Assembly (NCBI RefSeq): GCF_000485595.1
Contig: NW_014577088.1
Span: 1,073,505 to 1,118,094, forward strand
Source: Priapulus caudatus
Lineage: Eukaryota
Reading direction: 5' to 3'
Length of the DNA stretch: 44,590 nucleotides
In this document: piece after piece, positions 44,457 to 44,590 of the stretch
How positions within the stretch are numbered: position 1 is the stretch's first letter
Layout: every line of letters starts with the position of its first letter
Position numbers and translations under genes: made by a program
Notes under the pieces: model-generated
What the model was told of the DNA's origin: nothing
Databases searched by the model: none
The model's input: only the letters and a program-made list of their open reading frames with translations

Positions 44457-44590
44457 GGAGAGGTGACAAGAGAAGAGCCATTGCATGGATAAGAGATGGG
44501 GTGAGAGGGATGAGAGAAAGAGAGGAGAAAGAGAGAGTATGACAGGGAGAGAGAAATAGACAGACGCCGAGAGGGAGAGAGAGAGAGAGA
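44404..44590. repeat. (AG)n microsatellite and purine-rich tail
   Basis: Direct tandem run to the window end. Confidence 0.92.

Overview
This is eukaryotic, repeat-rich animal DNA. The TTAGGG repeats and MITE landscape suggest an invertebrate; the taxon cannot be determined from the sequence. The main gene is a multi-exon cyclic nucleotide-gated (CNG) cation channel on the minus strand. Fourteen internal exons (27212 down to 7167) join in frame through GT-AG sites and encode S1-S6, the pore, the C-linker and the cNMP-binding domain; the two 5' exons and the last exon are less certain. The protein looks like an A-type subunit but has a B-type pore (TTIGG). Its putative second exon may carry a stop codon and a 4-bp duplication. 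The window opens with a decayed BEL/Pao LTR retrotransposon. Introns and flanks hold many non-autonomous DNA elements: Mutator-like MITEs with 9-bp TSDs that carry telomeric repeats, PIF/Harbinger-like MITEs with TAA TSDs, foldback elements, and seven tiny CA-starting inserts (six palindromic) with 7-8 bp TSDs that resemble P-superfamily excision footprints. Micro- and minisatellites account for most long ORFs in the supplied track. From 30 to 44.6 kb I found no convincing host gene.
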